DNA of 64,000 nt from Rickettsiales bacterium (GTDB taxonomy: Bacteria; Pseudomonadota; Alphaproteobacteria; Rs-D84), in contig JAISCX010000002.1 of the NCBI GenBank assembly GCA_031265235.1, forward strand, positions 22,939 to 86,938, read 5' to 3'. The first letter of the stretch is position 1, and every line of letters starts with the position of its first letter. This document shows positions 19,022 to 27,941 of the stretch, piece after piece. Position numbers and translations under genes: made by a program. The notes beneath the pieces are model-generated. The model was not told the DNA's origin and did not search any database. It worked only from the letters and a program-made list of their open reading frames with translations.

Positions 19022-20269
19022 TTATTTTCTTATGTTTTCCGCCAGCCGCTTTTTGGCGATGTTCCGCTGACGCGTCTTGAAGCTGCGGCACTTTTCAATA
19101 ACTTCGTTGTAATCGTGCGCGTCGGAACCCATATATGCCACATACTTGTTTTCTTGGTCTATTTTTATGGCATGATTATAATTTTCCACATAATGCCTGG
19201 CTGTCGGCCGCAGTTCACGTATAATCTGTGGATTTTTCGCAACCCCGTTTATTGCCAGTTTCGCATATTTTGGAATCATTTCCAACATATAGTCCATAAC
19301 CTTGGCGCTGAGGTTCATATTCATCTGCGCCATGAAATCCTTGAACTTTTTGGATATTTCCGGCCCGTCCAGCGGCACGGCTTCCCCTGCGATGGCCGGC
19401 ACCAGTTGAATGTAATGGACAAATTTTGAAATCATGTATGACACAGGGATATTGGTCATTTCTTTGAAATCCGGTTCATGTGTTTTCCAGTCGGCGCATT
19501 CTTGCAGTATTTCGGCATACCCGTTGCAGACCGGGGAAATTTTTTCCATAATTTCCGTCATTGATGTGTCGGATGCGTTCAAGGATTCCCTTCTGCCCAG
19601 GTTATAAAAATTATATACCCAATCCAGAACCTTGGTTTTCATAAAGCCGTTTGGCTCCGCATCCAGTATGTCCAAGATGTAATTGTCTGGATCGTTGAAC
19701 GCGGCGGCTTCCTTTTTTGTGGTCTTTAATCGCCGCGCGTTGTCCATATAGTCTTCGATGAATATGTCCAGCGCGTCGTTTATTTCATATATGTCCTGGA
19801 TATGCAGACCGTATTCGCCGTCATCTGAAAGCAGCCCGGCCAGAACGTCCAGCCGCGGCACGTCAAATTCCGCCTGGGTAAAGCCTGTCGGCGGCGCAAA
19901 GTCCAATATCTTATATCCGGCTTGCAGTTCTTCCAGAATGATCGCTGCGTCGCGCGCGGTGGTAATCATATCCGACGAAATCGCCACTTTCTCGGAATCG
20001 CCGTTCTGGGCGCAATCGACCAGTTTTGTCGCGTCGGGCTGGAACCGGATGGCGTTGGAATATGTCAGGGCGGCCCATGATTTGAAGATAAACCCGGTTA
20101 TTTCTTTTATGGGGGATTTGTTCAGGTCTTGTTTGTCATACATTCGGACATGTTTTTCCATTATTTTGGAAAATGCCGCGTCGCGGGCGGTTCCACGCAT
20201 TTTCATAAGCGTTTTCGCGGCATCGTCGCCCAGACAGAATTTAATTTCATCGCGTGTAAAAAATTGCAT
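19022..20269 (-). CDS. hypothetical protein, 415 aa
   Basis: Long ORF with coherent codon usage and no recognisable domain. Confidence 0.45.
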   Translation of the reverse strand: MQFFTRDEIKFCLGDDAAKTLMKMRGTARDAAFSKIMEKHVRMYDKQDLNKSPIKEITGFIFKSWAALTYSNAIRFQPDATKLVDCAQNGDSEKVAISSDMITTARDAAIILEELQAGYKILDFAPPTGFTQAEFDVPRLDVLAGLLSDDGEYGLHIQDIYEINDALDIFIEDYMDNARRLKTTKKEAAAFNDPDNYILDILDAEPNGFMKTKVLDWVYNFYNLGRRESLNASDTSMTEIMEKISPVCNGYAEILQECADWKTHEPDFKEMTNIPVSYMISKFVHYIQLVPAIAGEAVPLDGPEISKKFKDFMAQMNMNLSAKVMDYMLEMIPKYAKLAINGVAKNPQIIRELRPTARHYVENYNHAIKIDQENKYVAYMGSDAHDYNEVIEKCRSFKTRQRNIAKKRLAENIRK

Positions 20270-20338
20270 ATTTTTACCTTTTTAACATGCATTCTCTCGC
20301 AAAGAATCTAACCGCAAATCGCTTGAAAGTCAAGATTT

Positions 20339-20698
20339 TTATACCGCATTTTTGAACCACCGGATTTTAAGACCCGACACGACGACAATATCAAAGCGCG
20401 CGCCGCCCGTCCAGCGGGCGCGGGCCAGATAGTTTTCCGCAGCGCGTCGCAGTCGCGCGCGTTGGGAATATGATACCGCCCGTATTCCGGTTTCCGCCGC
20501 GGCCCGGCTTTTCACTTCGACGAAGACAATCGTGCTGCCGCGCCGCGCTATTATGTCTATTTCCGCGCGGCCCGTGTGTCGCCCGGTCACATATCGCGCC
20601 TCGAGAATGCAAAACCCATATAGCCGAAGATATTGCCGTGCCAACCATTCCGCAAAAAGTCCCGATTTATAGGTGCTTGTTTTCATATTGGTAATCAT
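20339..20698 (-). CDS. yraN: YraN-family (UPF0102) endonuclease
   Basis: GEIDIIARRGSTIVFVEVKSR core typical of YraN. Confidence 0.7.
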   Translation of the reverse strand: MITNMKTSTYKSGLFAEWLARQYLRLYGFCILEARYVTGRHTGRAEIDIIARRGSTIVFVEVKSRAAAETGIRAVSYSQRARLRRAAENYLARARWTGGARFDIVVVSGLKIRWFKNAV

Positions 20699-20733
20699 AA
20701 TTCGGTTGACCAGAAATCGTCAATGCCGTTTTT

Positions 20734-21609
20734 TTAGAATGCATACGGCTTTGCCCGGAAATTTTCCTGCGCGGCGGCGGCGTTTTCTGCGGCATCCATG
20801 GCGTTTCGTCCCAAATCGGTCAATTCCAGCTGGCCGTAAAACGCCGTCATCGTCGGGTCAAAGGAATTATCGGATGATATCCATTTGTCATTTCCGGAAT
20901 TCGGCGCGCCGTATTTGTCCAATACGCCCTGCCAAAAGCTGAGTATTTTTTTATCGCGCTGGTCTGCGAATTTTTCGGCGTCCCCTTCTATTTCGTTCGC
21001 GTCATTTTTATAAACTATCTTCCAGACGCGGTTTCCGGTTGCGTTGGATGTAAAAAAGACGTCAATTGTCTCGCCGGTTGACATCCGCACCAGATGCAGT
21101 TCGGACGCGTAAAGCAGTCCGCGTTTTTTCGCCAGGGTGTTTATGCATTTTTCAAGTTCGCCGGGGATTATTACTTTCTGCTGTCTGCATTCATAGTCGA
21201 GATTGTTTTTCCAAACGCCCGGCACCGAATATATCACCGAATTTTTTGCGCGCGGCGCATAAAGCGAACGCGATTTGAAAAACAGTGATTGTATGTCCGA
21301 AAAGGCCATGCCCAGCATTGATCCAGCGATATCCATGTCTTCCACTGCGGCAAAGCTGGTGTTTTCATTTAAGTATACGGGCGTGTCTATTGTCATATTC
21401 AATGGCGCGGCATCGGATATTCTGGCGTCCGTCGCGCTTTGGAAATCATAATCGGCTGTCTGAAAGTCATCGAATGCAAAAGGGTCTTCGTCCGCCGCTT
21501 GCGCATGCGGCAAATAGCAAATAGCAGACAGCAGACAGCAAATACGACAGATGCGCGTTAAGCGGCGCGTTTTTTGCTGTCTGCTATTTGCTATTTGCTC
21601 TTTATTCAT
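20734..21609 (-). CDS. secreted hypothetical protein (C-terminal ...KPYAF)
   Basis: 291 aa; the signal peptide is encoded by a palindromic heptamer repeat (family E); acidic N-terminal region; ends in aromatic F. Confidence 0.5.
   Translation of the reverse strand: MNKEQIANSRQQKTRRLTRICRICCLLSAICYLPHAQAADEDPFAFDDFQTADYDFQSATDARISDAAPLNMTIDTPVYLNENTSFAAVEDMDIAGSMLGMAFSDIQSLFFKSRSLYAPRAKNSVIYSVPGVWKNNLDYECRQQKVIIPGELEKCINTLAKKRGLLYASELHLVRMSTGETIDVFFTSNATGNRVWKIVYKNDANEIEGDAEKFADQRDKKILSFWQGVLDKYGAPNSGNDKWISSDNSFDPTMTAFYGQLELTDLGRNAMDAAENAAAAQENFRAKPYAF
21509..21598. repeat. palindromic heptamer-repeat element, family E (GCAAATA/GCAGACA)
   Basis: gcaaatagcaaatagcagacagcagacagcaaata ... tttgctgtctgctatttgctatttgc; lies inside the 5' end of the 20734-21609 CDS. 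Confidence 0.7.
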
Positions 21610-21611
21610 TT

Positions 21612-22241
21612 TTATCGGACCTCGTCCACTTTGAATTTGAATATCGCAGAAGGGTCGCCGCCGCTTTCAAGATATTTTACTATTGCCGCGTCGCTGTCTT
21701 CCCATATCTTTTTTTCAAATAACGCCAGCCGCAGACGGATTTCATTATTCTTTTTTATTTCAGGAACCGCGTTCGTATCATTCGGACGATCATATGTTAT
21801 CAAATCATATTCGACAACGTAATAATCGCCGCCTTTTCTGATATTGTCGCGCACTATTACGCGGCGCAGAACATTATCGTCGGCCAGACGGGCCAGACCG
21901 GGCGCGACGTTTTCCTTCCATTCGCGGAATACTGCGGGTGTGCCCATTCTTGAAATCGCACCGCTTTCTATGCGTTCATTCACGTTTTCGGAATCCGGGA
22001 TAACGTAAAAGTATTCGATCACAAATTTTTTTATCAGGCGGTCGCGAATAAATTCGTCGGACAATTTTTCTATCGGGACCGGCCGTCCGACACGCGCGGA
22101 AGAAAGATCCGCGGGCTGCATAAAATAAGGCTCTATTTGCATCTTATAGGTCGCGTCAAAAATCACCGCGCCGAAATAAACCATTGCGACGGCCATTGCG
22201 ACCAATATTATCATTGATAAAATTGAAACAAATTTCTTCAT
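21612..22241 (-). CDS. bitopic membrane protein with an NTF2-like-sized periplasmic domain (VirB8/DotI/Tim44-like architecture)
   Basis: N-terminal TM helix followed by ~180-aa soluble domain; tightly packed with the next gene. Confidence 0.45.
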   Translation of the reverse strand: MKKFVSILSMIILVAMAVAMVYFGAVIFDATYKMQIEPYFMQPADLSSARVGRPVPIEKLSDEFIRDRLIKKFVIEYFYVIPDSENVNERIESGAISRMGTPAVFREWKENVAPGLARLADDNVLRRVIVRDNIRKGGDYYVVEYDLITYDRPNDTNAVPEIKKNNEIRLRLALFEKKIWEDSDAAIVKYLESGGDPSAIFKFKVDEVR

Positions 22242-22248
22242 CGGAACC

Positions 22249-22923
22249 TTATTCTGTTACATACGCGTTAAAGTCCGCGATGTAATAACCAAGCGTCAGC
22301 GGCCCGCCCGGGGGTCCTTTTGCAACGCGCGCGAATGCCGTGACGCTTATGATTTCATGCGCGTTGGATTCTACCTTAAAGCTGATCCGCCATACGCCGC
22401 CTGTTTCAGAAATGCCCGACACCGGAAAAATTTGAACAGAATTTTCCAGAACGTGCCTTGTTTCCCCGGCATTCGCGCGCACGGTCAGCTGCGGCAGCAC
22501 GCCGAATTTGAATTTTTGATAAAGGCCGTCCGCAGCCTTGCAGCAAATATCGCATCTTCCGGCGTCATTTGTTTCGCAAGCGGCGCGGTCGCATGCGCAC
22601 CAGTTTGCCTCGTTCTCGTTTGGATCGGGTGACACGGAAAGCCATTTTTTTGCGAATGCCGCGACCAGCGATTCCTGTCCAGCGCTGTCCGGTGTTTTGG
22701 GCGCGGTTGTCTTTTCGCCGATGACGTTCCATTCGCCGGTTTCCGAATCAATGGAAATCAGAAAAGGATTGATTCTGGCGGAATGAACCGTCCAAAGCAA
22801 CAATCCGGCGAGAGCCGCCATAACAAAAAATGCGACAAGCGACCAAATGGCCAAAGCCCGCGAGAATGCAATTTTTCCGGCCGTTGGGAAAACAGGCAAG
22901 TCATAATTGTTCGGATAGTCCAT
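22249..22923 (-). CDS. bitopic membrane protein, paralogous architecture, with a Cys cluster
   Basis: N-terminal TM, then soluble domain containing CACDRAACETNDAGRCDICC. Confidence 0.45.
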   Translation of the reverse strand: MDYPNNYDLPVFPTAGKIAFSRALAIWSLVAFFVMAALAGLLLWTVHSARINPFLISIDSETGEWNVIGEKTTAPKTPDSAGQESLVAAFAKKWLSVSPDPNENEANWCACDRAACETNDAGRCDICCKAADGLYQKFKFGVLPQLTVRANAGETRHVLENSVQIFPVSGISETGGVWRISFKVESNAHEIISVTAFARVAKGPPGGPLTLGYYIADFNAYVTE

Positions 22924-22941
22924 TTTGCGATTCCACCGTCG

Positions 22942-23133
22942 TCAGGCGTTTTGATAAATTATCATGCATGCGCACGGCGACAGCTTTAATTCATCGTTAT
23001 CGTATCCGACGCCGACAGGTTCGCGGTCATATACCTGACCGCATCCGGCCAAAGCGATGACGGCAAGGAAAACAAATAAAAACTTTTTCATATACCTCTC
23101 CTTTTTTGAAATTATAGGGAAAATTCGGGACAT
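22942..23133 (-). CDS. small lipoprotein
   Basis: MKKFLFVFLAVIALAGC lipobox. Confidence 0.4.
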   Translation of the reverse strand: MSRIFPIISKKERYMKKFLFVFLAVIALAGCGQVYDREPVGVGYDNDELKLSPCACMIIYQNA

Positions 23134-23224
23134 TCGTCAAGGGCAAAAAGCATATGGCATGCAGTATCATGTTGGCAGATACCAAAAACTCTATCCATTG
23201 CATATCGGATGCTGCGTACTTTTT

Positions 23225-25528
23225 TTAAAACTGTGTCGCGAACGACAGCAAGAATCTTTGTTCCCGGTCATATGTGTGTTTCAAGAACGGCCAGCCCCAT
23301 GAAAAATTCATTGGCCCCATCGGCGTATTCCAGTAAACGCCGACGCCATACGATACGCGCAAATCGGAATCTATATTGTTTGCGCATACGGGATTTTCCG
23401 GCGGACAAGTTCCAATCGGTGGATAATAATAGTATTCCGCCTTTGGCGGCTTGCCCAGCATGCCGTAATCCAAGAATACAAAGCCTTTGACCTGGTGTTC
23501 GTCGGGTATGAATATGGGAAAGTTCAATTGGGTTGATCCGTTTATTTTCCATAGTCCGCCAAGCGCGTAATTGATGTATGCCCAGTTCCGCGAACCTATG
23601 CCCGCAATGTTAAAGCCGCGCAATGTTTCGCCGCCCAAGAAATATCTGTATATGCGGGACACGTATTCATCCCCGATGGTTTGCAGCATTCCAAAGTCCA
23701 AATTTGACTTTAATTGCCACCGGTTGTCCAGGAATTTGAACAGGCCCGTGACAGACGCGTCATAGCGCATGAATGTTTCCGTGCTGCCAAAGCCGGTGTA
23801 TGACGCACCAAAGTTTGCAACTATCCCGTCATGCGTTTGCTGGGCGAAATCAGTGTCCAGATTGTAATACCTGAACTGCGTGCCAAGGGTGTAAAGATTC
23901 GCCGCCTGCCATCCGCCCGGTACGTGCAGGTCGTAATTCTGGTCAAAGCTGGCGGAAAGGCGAAGCGTCTGCGACCAGTTGTCGGTAAGCCGCCAGCCCA
24001 GCCGCCCCGCCACAGTAAAGCTGTCGCGGTCGTATCCGAATGACCCCAGCTGGCTGTAATTATACATTGTATAATTGACATCGAACCCGCCCGACAGCTG
24101 GCGGTCAAACAGGTATGGTTCCGTAAAGCTGAACACCATTTGCTTTTGATACTGGGCGATCTGTCCGCGCAGTTGCACGGTTTGCCCGCGGCCCATAAAA
24201 TTGTTTTCCGTAATTCCGGCGTCGATCATGAATCCGTTGATATTCGACCAGCCAAGCCCCCCCGACAATTCCCCTGTCGGCTGTTCTTCGACCTTTATGT
24301 CCAGATTCATCAGATTCGTGCCATTGACGCGCGTCGGCACGATGTCCACCGACTTGTAATATCTTGACCGCATCATCCGCTGGCGCCCGGTTTCAATTTC
24401 CTGCAAAGAAAACGGATCGCCGGGGCGGATTTGCAGCTGTTGTTCCGCCACCCTGTCGAATGTGCGGACATTGCCCAGAATCGCCACGTTGTTGATATAC
24501 ATGCGATTCGTTTTCTGAATTTTAAAGACCATGCTGATAGTCCGCGCTTTGTCGTCCTTGTCAGGAACCACATCCACGTTTATAAAGGCATATCCATAGC
24601 TTGCCACCATCGTGCGCAGGTTGGAAATAGTCGTTTCCACCTGGTCTATATTGTATGTGTCGCCACTGCTCATCTCTATCTTGTCGGACAAATCGTCGGT
24701 GCTGATGTCCGGGAAAGGATTTTCAATCCCAATGGTTCCGAATTTATAGCGGTTGCCTTCTTCAACGTCGAATGTAACGGAATAGTATTCGCGATCTTCT
24801 GCGAATGTGCCCTGGACGTTTTTAATCCGGAAATCGACATAACCGTTCCGCATGTAAAATTGACGCAGTAATTGCTGGTCGTATTGAATCCGGTCTTCGT
24901 CATAAGTATCGAATGACGCCATGAATTTCCACCATGCGTGCTCGTTCGATAATATTTCCTTGCCCAATGTGCCGTCGCTGAATTTCTTGTTGCCGGTAAA
25001 GTCTATGGACCTGATGTATGTCGGATGGCCTTCCTTGACTTCGTATACGACATTGACGCGCCCGCCTTCCAAATCAATGCGTTTTGGTTCGATTTTTGTG
25101 CCAAAGTATCCCTGGCGCTGATACACCGTCAGCATTCTGGCGACATCCGCGCCGATGACCGATTCATCATACGCCCCGCGCGGGGCCAGGCGAATTTCTT
25201 TTTTAAGATCTTCGGTTGACACGGCGTCGTTGCCTTCGACTGTCACGGTGTCTATGACCGGCGCTTCGGTTACATTGATTCTAAGAACGTCGTCGATCAT
25301 TTTTACTTCGGATTTGGAAAAAAGACCCGAAGCATTCAATTTTTTTGCAATCTGGTTCAATTGTTCGGAATTGACATTATCACCGGGTTTGACGTCGGCA
25401 AGCAGTCGCACAGATTCCGCATCCATGCGGCGATTGCCGACGACGCTGATTTTGCTTATAACGGCGGCATTCGCGTCAGCGATAACCAGAAAGAACAAAG
25501 GGCAAAGAACGAACAGTAATTTTTTCAT
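23225..25528 (-). CDS. bamA: outer membrane protein assembly factor BamA
   Basis: ~770 aa, signal peptide, POTRA-repeat region then Omp85 barrel ending ...FATQF. Confidence 0.9.
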   Translation of the reverse strand: MKKLLFVLCPLFFLVIADANAAVISKISVVGNRRMDAESVRLLADVKPGDNVNSEQLNQIAKKLNASGLFSKSEVKMIDDVLRINVTEAPVIDTVTVEGNDAVSTEDLKKEIRLAPRGAYDESVIGADVARMLTVYQRQGYFGTKIEPKRIDLEGGRVNVVYEVKEGHPTYIRSIDFTGNKKFSDGTLGKEILSNEHAWWKFMASFDTYDEDRIQYDQQLLRQFYMRNGYVDFRIKNVQGTFAEDREYYSVTFDVEEGNRYKFGTIGIENPFPDISTDDLSDKIEMSSGDTYNIDQVETTISNLRTMVASYGYAFINVDVVPDKDDKARTISMVFKIQKTNRMYINNVAILGNVRTFDRVAEQQLQIRPGDPFSLQEIETGRQRMMRSRYYKSVDIVPTRVNGTNLMNLDIKVEEQPTGELSGGLGWSNINGFMIDAGITENNFMGRGQTVQLRGQIAQYQKQMVFSFTEPYLFDRQLSGGFDVNYTMYNYSQLGSFGYDRDSFTVAGRLGWRLTDNWSQTLRLSASFDQNYDLHVPGGWQAANLYTLGTQFRYYNLDTDFAQQTHDGIVANFGASYTGFGSTETFMRYDASVTGLFKFLDNRWQLKSNLDFGMLQTIGDEYVSRIYRYFLGGETLRGFNIAGIGSRNWAYINYALGGLWKINGSTQLNFPIFIPDEHQVKGFVFLDYGMLGKPPKAEYYYYPPIGTCPPENPVCANNIDSDLRVSYGVGVYWNTPMGPMNFSWGWPFLKHTYDREQRFLLSFATQF

Positions 25529-25638
25529 GCCCCATACGTTAAAGCAAAACAAGAATAAATGCAAATGGTTTAATAAAAATCCTTGTCTTTTTGGAATGTG
25601 TCATGCTAGGATGTCTGATCAGGAAAAAAAGGAAGAAT

Positions 25639-26421
25639 ATGTTGGGTTTTTTTAAGAAATCAAATAGTAAGCCACAGATTGCAAGCCATGAATCCGCGCC
25701 GCAGCACATCGCGTTTATATGCGACGGAAACCGCCGCTGGGCCAAGGATCGCGGGTTGCCCCCGCTAGAAGGCCATCGTGCCGGAATCGCCAATTTCGAA
25801 ACTTTGGTGGATTGGTTTATCGCGCATGGGGTCAGCACGGTGACTTTTTTTATTTTTTCCACAGAAAATTGGGACAGGTCCAAAGAAGAAGTGGATTTCC
25901 TGATGAACCTGTTTTATCTGGAAATGAAAAAGAATCTTAAGAACGCCTTGGAAAAAAACTTGCGCTATCGGGTGATTGGAGAACGCGGAAGATTGCCGAA
26001 AAAGCTGGCCGAAATGTGTGACAAGCTTGAACGCGACAGTGCGGAAAATACAGGCGGCACGGTGGTATTCGCACTGAATTATGGCGGCCAGAATGAAATC
26101 GTCCGCGCCGTTCAGGATGCGATTAAAAGCGGAATAAATCCGGACAAGCTTGACATAGAAACATTTGAATCATTTATGGATACCGGTGAACTGTTGCCCA
26201 TTGACATGATGGTGCGGACCAGCAATGAAAACAGGATATCCAATTTCTTACTGTGGAAACTGGCGTATGCAGAATTGTTCTTTGTGCCGGAACATTGGCC
26301 GGAATTGGTGAAAAGCGAAAAGGTATGGCAGCGTGTCTTGGATGAATTCGCGCGTCGCAATCGGCGTTTCGGCGGGGGCAAGGAAAAAGATTATAGCGGA
26401 AAGAAAAAGGACGGAAATTGA
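25639..26421 (+). CDS. uppS: undecaprenyl-diphosphate synthase
   Basis: HIAFICDGNRRWA motif and following UPPS core; the track ORF begins at a TTG at 25591. Confidence 0.85.
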   Translation: MLGFFKKSNSKPQIASHESAPQHIAFICDGNRRWAKDRGLPPLEGHRAGIANFETLVDWFIAHGVSTVTFFIFSTENWDRSKEEVDFLMNLFYLEMKKNLKNALEKNLRYRVIGERGRLPKKLAEMCDKLERDSAENTGGTVVFALNYGGQNEIVRAVQDAIKSGINPDKLDIETFESFMDTGELLPIDMMVRTSNENRISNFLLWKLAYAELFFVPEHWPELVKSEKVWQRVLDEFARRNRRFGGGKEKDYSGKKKDGN

Positions 26422-26846
26422 TATATTCAAAGGGGATAGAAGTCGGCGTGATTGGGGTCATACTGAACGACGACATGACCAAGGTTTTGGTATGCATCGG
26501 ATCGCCCAAAAGGGGATGGCATATGCCCGGCGGGCATATGGAGCCGGGCGAAACATCCCGCCAAGCTGTAATAAGGGAAACCAAGGAAGAGGTCGGCATA
26601 GATATAGATATCCTGCACGCGTTTCCAGTGCAAGAATTGATAGTGGATTATGACGGCATCGGGCCAGAGCATGTAATAGTATTTCCATATATCGCGAAAA
26701 TAAAGCCGGGACAAGATGTTCGGCCGGACGGGGTCGAGATTTTGGAAGCAAAATGGGTGTCGTTGGATGAAGCGGAAAGCTTGATGAACAAACTTTGGGC
26801 AGGAATTATCGCGCCATTGCGCCAATGGTTGAATGAAAGGAATTAG
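26418..26846 (+). CDS. NUDIX hydrolase
   Basis: Nudix box GGHMEPGETSRQAVIRETKEEVGI. Confidence 0.65.
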   Translation: MIYSKGIEVGVIGVILNDDMTKVLVCIGSPKRGWHMPGGHMEPGETSRQAVIRETKEEVGIDIDILHAFPVQELIVDYDGIGPEHVIVFPYIAKIKPGQDVRPDGVEILEAKWVSLDEAESLMNKLWAGIIAPLRQWLNERN

Positions 26847-26849
26847 AAA

Positions 26850-27506
26850 ATGACAAATACAATAATACGAATTTTGGTGGCCGTGGCATTGATTCTTGGC
26901 GCAATCGGCGCGGGCTTTCTGGAACATTTTGGCATTCCGGTCGTGCGCTGGGTGGCCGCTGCAATATGCGCGGTTATGGTTTTGGAAACTATGATTCTTA
27001 AAATCAAGGACAAAAAGTTATGTTTGTTGCGCTGTGCTTTTGGCGCGTGGATTATACTGATGGGCGTGTCCGCGTATTTTATCGGGTCGCGGCCATTGAT
27101 CATGCTGTTGCTTTTATTGATTATCGCGGCGACAGACACCGGCGCGTGGTTTTTCGGAAAAAAATTCGGCGGGGACAAGATGTGGCCCGCGATTTCGCCG
27201 AACAAGACATGGTCTGGTCAGATCGCGGGAATCATATGCGGAACGCTTGCGGCATTGCTTTACGGATTCATCGGCACCGCTGCGGCCAGCGGTCACATTG
27301 ATTACGGTCAATTTATGCCGCAATTGATGTGGATTGGAATGTCGGTCGCGTTGTTATCCCAGTATGGGGATCTGACCGCCAGCTGGATAAAGCGCAAGCT
27401 TGGCATAAAGGACTTTTCAAACATGTTGCCGGGGCACGGCGGGCTGATTGATCGCTTTGACGGATGGATTTACGTCCTGCCGGTTGTATGGCTGGTAACG
27501 TTGTAA
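26850..27506 (+). CDS. cdsA: phosphatidate cytidylyltransferase
   Basis: Multi-TM protein with PNKTWSG signature. Confidence 0.85.
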   Translation: MTNTIIRILVAVALILGAIGAGFLEHFGIPVVRWVAAAICAVMVLETMILKIKDKKLCLLRCAFGAWIILMGVSAYFIGSRPLIMLLLLLIIAATDTGAWFFGKKFGGDKMWPAISPNKTWSGQIAGIICGTLAALLYGFIGTAAASGHIDYGQFMPQLMWIGMSVALLSQYGDLTASWIKRKLGIKDFSNMLPGHGGLIDRFDGWIYVLPVVWLVTL

Positions 27507-27507
27507 T

Positions 27508-27924
27508 AGTGCAAGTGTCAGTGCAAGTGCAAGTTGGTGGCAAATATGAAATCAGTAGAAGATTTAAATGTTTATAAACTTGGATTCAAAGTAGCATTAG
27601 ATGTTTATAAAATTACAGAAAAGTTTCCAAAGGCAGAAGTATTTGGATTAGTCTCGCAGATGAGACGTGCGGCAATCTCGATAAACTCCAATTTATCCGA
27701 AGGGTGTGCAAGGAATTCTTCGGGAGAATACAAGCATTTTGCAGGAATATCAAAAGGATCGGCGGAAGAATTGAAATTTCAGGTAAAAATATCGCAAGCT
27801 CTAAACTATATTAACTATGAAGAGGCCGCAAAGTTAATAGAAGATATTAACGAAATATGTAAGATGCTAACAGGCCTAATAAAAACTCTAAATTAATACT
27901 TGCACTTGCACTGACACTTGCACT
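27508..27924. mobile_element. MITE-like cassette: perfect 26-bp inverted repeats (family B) enclosing a four-helix-bundle gene
   Basis: agtgcaagtgtcagtgcaagtgcaag at 27508-27533; its exact reverse complement at 27899-27924; inserted between cdsA and rseP. Confidence 0.75.
27534..27896 (+). CDS. four-helix-bundle protein (23S rRNA intervening-sequence protein family)
   Basis: ~120 aa; LNVYKLGFKVALDVYKIT...LVSQMRRAAISINSNLSEG...ELKFQVKIS pattern typical of TIGR02436-like proteins. Confidence 0.7.
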   Translation: MVANMKSVEDLNVYKLGFKVALDVYKITEKFPKAEVFGLVSQMRRAAISINSNLSEGCARNSSGEYKHFAGISKGSAEELKFQVKISQALNYINYEEAAKLIEDINEICKMLTGLIKTLN

Positions 27925-27941
27925 TATGAAAAGGAAATATT

